Notes under the pieces: generated by a model
The model's input: only the letters and a program-made list of their open reading frames with translations
Database searches by the model: none
What the model was told of the DNA's origin: nothing
NCBI GenBank assembly: GCA_036004985.1
Contig: DASYQX010000030.1
Span: forward strand, 4,151-68,150
DNA length: 64,000 nt
Source of the DNA: Gemmatimonadales bacterium
GTDB taxonomy: Bacteria > Gemmatimonadota > Gemmatimonadetes > Gemmatimonadales > GWC2-71-9
Direction of reading: 5' to 3'
In this document: piece after piece, positions 60,128 to 64,000 of the stretch
How positions within the stretch are numbered: position 1 is the stretch's first letter
Layout of the letters: every line of letters begins with the position of its first letter
Position numbers and translations under genes: made by a program

Positions 60128-61168
60128 CTACTCGGCTCCCGCGCCGCGCAGCTCGCCGAGGCGCAGCTGCAGCCGCGAGAGCGACCAGAGGCCGAGCAGC
60201 GTGATCGGGACGAACGTCGTGATGTGGTAGGTGAGCGCGTAGCTCACGGCCCGGCTGGGATCGATCGCGTACACCGCCAACGTGACGCGCGTGGCGGCCT
60301 CGAACACACCCACGAATCCGGGCGTGGACGGCACCGACACCCCGAAACCGATGATCCCTTGGAGCAACAGCGCGGCTTCGAGCGGCACTTCCAGGCCGAA
60401 CGCGCGGAAGCAGACGGCGAACGCCGCCGCGTTCACCGTCCACAGGGTAAGCGACCACGCGACCACGCCGGCGAAGCGGCCGGGACTCTTCAGCACGCTC
60501 AACCCGGCGACGATTCCCTCGGCCCAATGCGTCAGACGGTCCGCGGCGCGCGCGGGGAAGAAGCGGTGCAGCAGGCGCCCGAGCAGCGTCAACCAGGGCG
60601 CGGGCCGGTGAACCACGACGAGGGCGAGCACCAATACGGCGCCGAACAGCAGGGCGGCGCCGCTCGCCAGTGCCGAGAGCGAGTGGCCGTTGACCCGGGT
60701 GCGGGCCGGGAACGACGGCGCCGCGATCGCCACGGCCATCAGCGCGAGCATCACGAGCGCGTCGAACACGCGCTCCACCCCCACTGACCCGAGGGCCGTG
60801 GTAAAGCGCACAGGGAGTTGTCGCGTGACGGCATACGCGCGTGCCACCTCCCCGGCGCGCGCGGGCAACAGGTTGTTGGCCATGAAGCCGATGGCGGTCG
60901 CATGCCACAGCGGGCGCCACGCGAAGCGGTGGCCGTCCACGTCGCGCAGGATCAGGCGCCAGCGGATCGTGCGGAGCGGGAACGTCGCGGTAGCGAGCGC
61001 CACCGCGGCGAGCAGGAGGAGAGGGTCGGCGGCGCGAGCGTAGGCCCACACCTCGCGCGGCTGCACGCCGTGCAGCACCCACGCCAGCAGCGCGACGGTG
61101 ACCGCGAGCCCGATCAACCAGGGCCAGCGGGAGGACCGGCTACGGCTCGGTGTCGAGGGCGAGGACAA
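60128..61168 (-). CDS. Lysylphosphatidylglycerol synthase TM-domain (flippase-like) protein (start approximate)
   Basis: LRTIRWRLIL, GFMANNLLPARAGEVAR, VERVFD, PSTPGFVGVFE; multi-TM. Confidence 0.85.
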   Translation of the reverse strand: MSSPSTPSRSRSSRWPWLIGLAVTVALLAWVLHGVQPREVWAYARAADPLLLLAAVALATATFPLRTIRWRLILRDVDGHRFAWRPLWHATAIGFMANNLLPARAGEVARAYAVTRQLPVRFTTALGSVGVERVFDALVMLALMAVAIAAPSFPARTRVNGHSLSALASGAALLFGAVLVLALVVVHRPAPWLTLLGRLLHRFFPARAADRLTHWAEGIVAGLSVLKSPGRFAGVVAWSLTLWTVNAAAFAVCFRAFGLEVPLEAALLLQGIIGFGVSVPSTPGFVGVFEAATRVTLAVYAIDPSRAVSYALTYHITTFVPITLLGLWSLSRLQLRLGELRGAGAE

Positions 61169-62774
61169 CGAGGTCGCAGACTTCGTCAATGATCGCGCGG
61201 AGGCTGTCGCCGCTCGCCCGTTTGGCGGCCTCGCGCAGCTCCTGCGCCCGGTGGCGGGCCCGCTCGCCCCGGTACAGCAACGTGCGGATGTCGACCACCG
61301 CCGGCGCCGCAGCCCCAGGGCGCGCGGTGTCGAGCGACGGCGTCTGCAGCAGCGCCTCCAGCGACGCTGCGCCGATCCCCCCGGCGGCGAGCCGCTGGTA
61401 GCTCGCCCACGAACCCACCAGATCGGCCGATTCCGGGACGGGCTCGTCACCCGCGGGGAGCGGAGAGCGGGGCGCGGTCGCCGGTGGTGCCGATGCGCGC
61501 CCCGGTGCCGGGATCGGAACGGGCGCGGCGGCAGGGCCACCGATAGATCGGACCGCGGCCGTGACGGCGGCGAGGTCGTCGGCGAGGGCCGCCTCGTCCC
61601 CCGCCGCCGAACGCGACAGGATCTCACCGGCGCGACGCAGCGCTGCCGCGAACGCCGCCGGCTCGTGGACGGCGATGCCGCTCGAGACGGCCTCCCACGC
61701 GACCTGCGCGAATTCCGCGACGCGCTCCGCGAGCGGTCCGCCGCCCGCGTCGCCCAGCGCGCGGAACGTGCCCGCCAGCGTGTGCGCGCGCAGATCCCGC
61801 TGGGTAGCGCTCGGCGCGCGCTCGAGCGAATCGGCCGCCTGGCGCAGGTGCTCCCCGTGGCTCACGAGCTCCAAGCGGCCGAGGGTCGCGGGCCGCGCGG
61901 CCGGCGTGCCGCGCCGCACGATGTGGGGACCCGCATCGGCGTAATAGAGGGTGTCGATGGACACGATGTCCGGCTCACTCTCCATGAACTTCACGAGCAG
62001 TCCGGCGAACCGCCGGAATTCCGCGCTCTCGGCGTCGGGCCGGCCGCGCTCCGCCACCTCGCGCGCGGCATGCGCGATCGAGGACGCGGCCATCTGGAAC
62101 AGCTCGCCGACCAGATCGGGGGACGTGGCGGTGGTGCGGGCCAGCTCGCCGATGGCGCCCTCGATGCCCTCGAGCAGGTCGGGGAGGGGCGGCAGGTCGT
62201 TCAGGGCCGCGAGGCCACGCAACGGCTGCAGGGCCTTCAGGACGTGCTGCAACGGATCGTGCGCCAGCGGATTGGCGCGCAGCACCTGCGCCGCGCGATC
62301 GAGCGCACTCGCAATGGCAGCGCCCTCCCGCGCGACGAAGGCACGCGCGCCGGCATCGAGGCCCATCGCCTCCGCCGCCCGCACCTGGGCCGACGGCCGG
62401 CCGGCGAGCTGCTCCAGCTGGGCGGCGAGCGCGTCGGCCTTCGCCGTATCGGCGTCCGTCCAGCTCGCGGCGCGGCGCACGAAGATCTTGAGGTCATCCA
62501 CCGCGCGCACGGCGACCTGTTTCGTGGCCGCGTCCCAGGCGCGCCGGCTCTCGCGGACGGCGCGGGCCAGCGCCTCGAGCCCCGCCGCCGCCCGCGCGAT
62601 CGCCGGCTGGCTGGCCATCAGCGCGCTGCCCCGCACCGCGCGCGCCAGCCGCACGAACTCGTCCACCGCGGGCGCGCCCTCGCCCGCGAGCAGCCCGTCG
62701 AGCCGCTCGAGATACTCCCCCGCCTCGAGGGCGAAGAAATCGCTCATGCCCAGTGGCTGGCTGGGTTGGGTCAT
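61140..62774 (-). CDS. All-helical protein with degenerate HPt-like repeats
   Basis: DFFALEAGEYLERLD...RLARAVRGSALMA (HPt-like, no His); second repeat AFVAREG...LQPLRGLA; later RAHTLAG. Confidence 0.6.
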   Translation of the reverse strand: MTQPSQPLGMSDFFALEAGEYLERLDGLLAGEGAPAVDEFVRLARAVRGSALMASQPAIARAAAGLEALARAVRESRRAWDAATKQVAVRAVDDLKIFVRRAASWTDADTAKADALAAQLEQLAGRPSAQVRAAEAMGLDAGARAFVAREGAAIASALDRAAQVLRANPLAHDPLQHVLKALQPLRGLAALNDLPPLPDLLEGIEGAIGELARTTATSPDLVGELFQMAASSIAHAAREVAERGRPDAESAEFRRFAGLLVKFMESEPDIVSIDTLYYADAGPHIVRRGTPAARPATLGRLELVSHGEHLRQAADSLERAPSATQRDLRAHTLAGTFRALGDAGGGPLAERVAEFAQVAWEAVSSGIAVHEPAAFAAALRRAGEILSRSAAGDEAALADDLAAVTAAVRSIGGPAAAPVPIPAPGRASAPPATAPRSPLPAGDEPVPESADLVGSWASYQRLAAGGIGAASLEALLQTPSLDTARPGAAAPAVVDIRTLLYRGERARHRAQELREAAKRASGDSLRAIIDEVCDLVVLALDTEP

Positions 62775-62791
62775 CGTGGCACCAAAATAGG

Positions 62792-62859
62792 CGCCACGAC
62801 GCCACGACGCCAAGACGTCACGACGGCGTGGCGTGGCGTCCTGGCGTCCTGGCGTCTTG
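62792..62859. repeat. Palindromic octamer tandem repeat, (GCCACGAC)x4 ... (GTCCTGGC)n, over the pdxJ 3' end
   Basis: gccacgac gccacgac gccaagac gtcacgac, then tggcgtcc tggcgtcc tggcgtct tg. Confidence 0.8.
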
Positions 62860-63558
62860 TACGAGCTTCTTCATCCGCCGCACCGCCTCTTCCATCCCCC
62901 AAAACACCGCGTTGCTCACGATCGAGTGCCCGATGTTGAGCTCCTCGATCTCGGGAATCGCGGCGACCGGCTGCACGTTCTGATAGGTCAGGCCATGCCC
63001 GGCATGCACCGCCAGCCCGAGCCGCTTGCCGTACGCCGCCGCCCGACGCAGTTCGTTCAACGCCGGTGGTCCACGCTTCCAGGAGTGTGCGTACCGTCCC
63101 GTGTGGAGCTCGATCGCCGGCACGCCGAGGGCCCGCGCCGCGTCGATCGTGCGGGGCGCGGGGTCGATGAAGAGACTGACGCGGATCCCGGCGTCCTGGA
63201 GGCGCGCGATCGCGTCCTTCAGGCGGCGGTCGCCGCGCCGCACAGCGAGGCCGCCTTCGGTCGTGATCTCGCGCCGCCGCTCGGGCACGAGGGTCGCCTG
63301 GAAGGGACGCACGCGGCACGCGATCCGGACGATGGCGGGGTGCGCGCCCAGCTCGAGGTTCAGTACGGTCCGGACGGCGCGCGCGAGCGATGTGACGTCG
63401 CGATCCTGGATGTGGCGGCGGTCCTCACGCAAGTGGACCGTGATGCCGTCCGCGCCCGCTCGCTCGGCGGCCGCCGCCGCCGCGACGGGGTCGGGCTCGT
63501 CGGTTTGGCGCGCCTCGCGCAGCGTGGCGACGTGATCGATGTTGACGTAGAGGCGCAT
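62818..63558 (-). CDS. pdxJ: Pyridoxine 5'-phosphate synthase
   Basis: [46 protein letters not shown]. Confidence 0.96.
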   Translation of the reverse strand: MRLYVNIDHVATLREARQTDEPDPVAAAAAAERAGADGITVHLREDRRHIQDRDVTSLARAVRTVLNLELGAHPAIVRIACRVRPFQATLVPERRREITTEGGLAVRRGDRRLKDAIARLQDAGIRVSLFIDPAPRTIDAARALGVPAIELHTGRYAHSWKRGPPALNELRRAAAYGKRLGLAVHAGHGLTYQNVQPVAAIPEIEELNIGHSIVSNAVFWGMEEAVRRMKKLVQDARTPGRHATPS

Positions 63559-63606
63559 GGCGTCTTACCTTCGGGTCACCGCGTTCTATACTCGAGGCGT
63601 TCGCCC

Positions 63607-64000
63607 GTGAGACCACGACTCGCTGTGCTCGTCGCGCTGGGTGCCCTGGCATGCCGAGGAACGGCGCAGTCCCCAAGCCCGCAGTCGCCTCAACAGGCGC
63701 TGACGCAATTCATGGCCGCGGTCAAGGACAACGACCTGCAGCGGCTGGCGACTCTGTGGGGCGGCCAGCGCGGCCCGGCCTCTGCTTGGATGAAACCCGA
63801 GGAGCTGACGCAGCGGGTTACGGTCTTCCAGATCTACCTCAATCATGTTGGATACCGCGTCGTCGATGGACCGACGACGGTCCCGGGCGAAGGCACCCGC
63901 GTGAGGTTCAACGTCGAGATTCAGCGGGCGAATGGGTGTAGCGTCGCATTCCCGATCGAACTGGGGCGCGCCAGAAGCGGTGCCTGGCTCGTCTGGTCCT
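63607..64000 (+). CDS. Hypothetical lipoprotein, partial (runs off the window)
   Basis: Own translation: MRPRLAVLVALGALAC (lipobox)...LTQFMAAVKDNDLQRLATLWG, open to the window end. Confidence 0.65.
   Translation, partial: MRPRLAVLVALGALACRGTAQSPSPQSPQQALTQFMAAVKDNDLQRLATLWGGQRGPASAWMKPEELTQRVTVFQIYLNHVGYRVVDGPTTVPGEGTRVRFNVEIQRANGCSVAFPIELGRARSGAWLVWS

Overview
Very GC-rich bacterial chromosomal segment from a diderm (lnt, lolA and an Omp85 barrel are present). I infer Gemmatimonadota from the 'LAGRYTLERELGRGGM'-type Ser/Thr kinases and the short FCB-type sigma factor. Most of the window is core genome: lepB, sigma70, yajQ, rimO, hemL, lnt, rpmE-prfA-prmC-tmk-ctpA, aroF, smc, rsfS, rpsF-rpsR-rplI, prs-rplY-pth-ychF, tRNA-Gln, ispE and pdxJ. 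Four things stand out. (1) The normally contiguous ispE-tRNA-Gln-prs block is split by about 12.5 kb of accessory genes with three Hanks kinases. One pair, directly behind the tRNA, is an AlkZ-type DNA crosslink glycosylase followed by a soluble kinase-BRCT fusion, a candidate DNA-damage-sensing phosphorylation system. (2) A Crp / MBL-hydrolase / CsgG-TPR / GAF-HD-GYP cluster has a perfect CRP-like palindrome, suggesting a cyclic-nucleotide feedback module. (3) Dispersed 7-8-nt tandem repeats, often palindromic, encode signal peptides, sit just upstream of -10 boxes or lie in frame within CDSs. (4) pth apparently starts at CTG. No CRISPR array, rRNA, transposase or integrase was seen. All calls come from manual motif recognition; no database searches were run.
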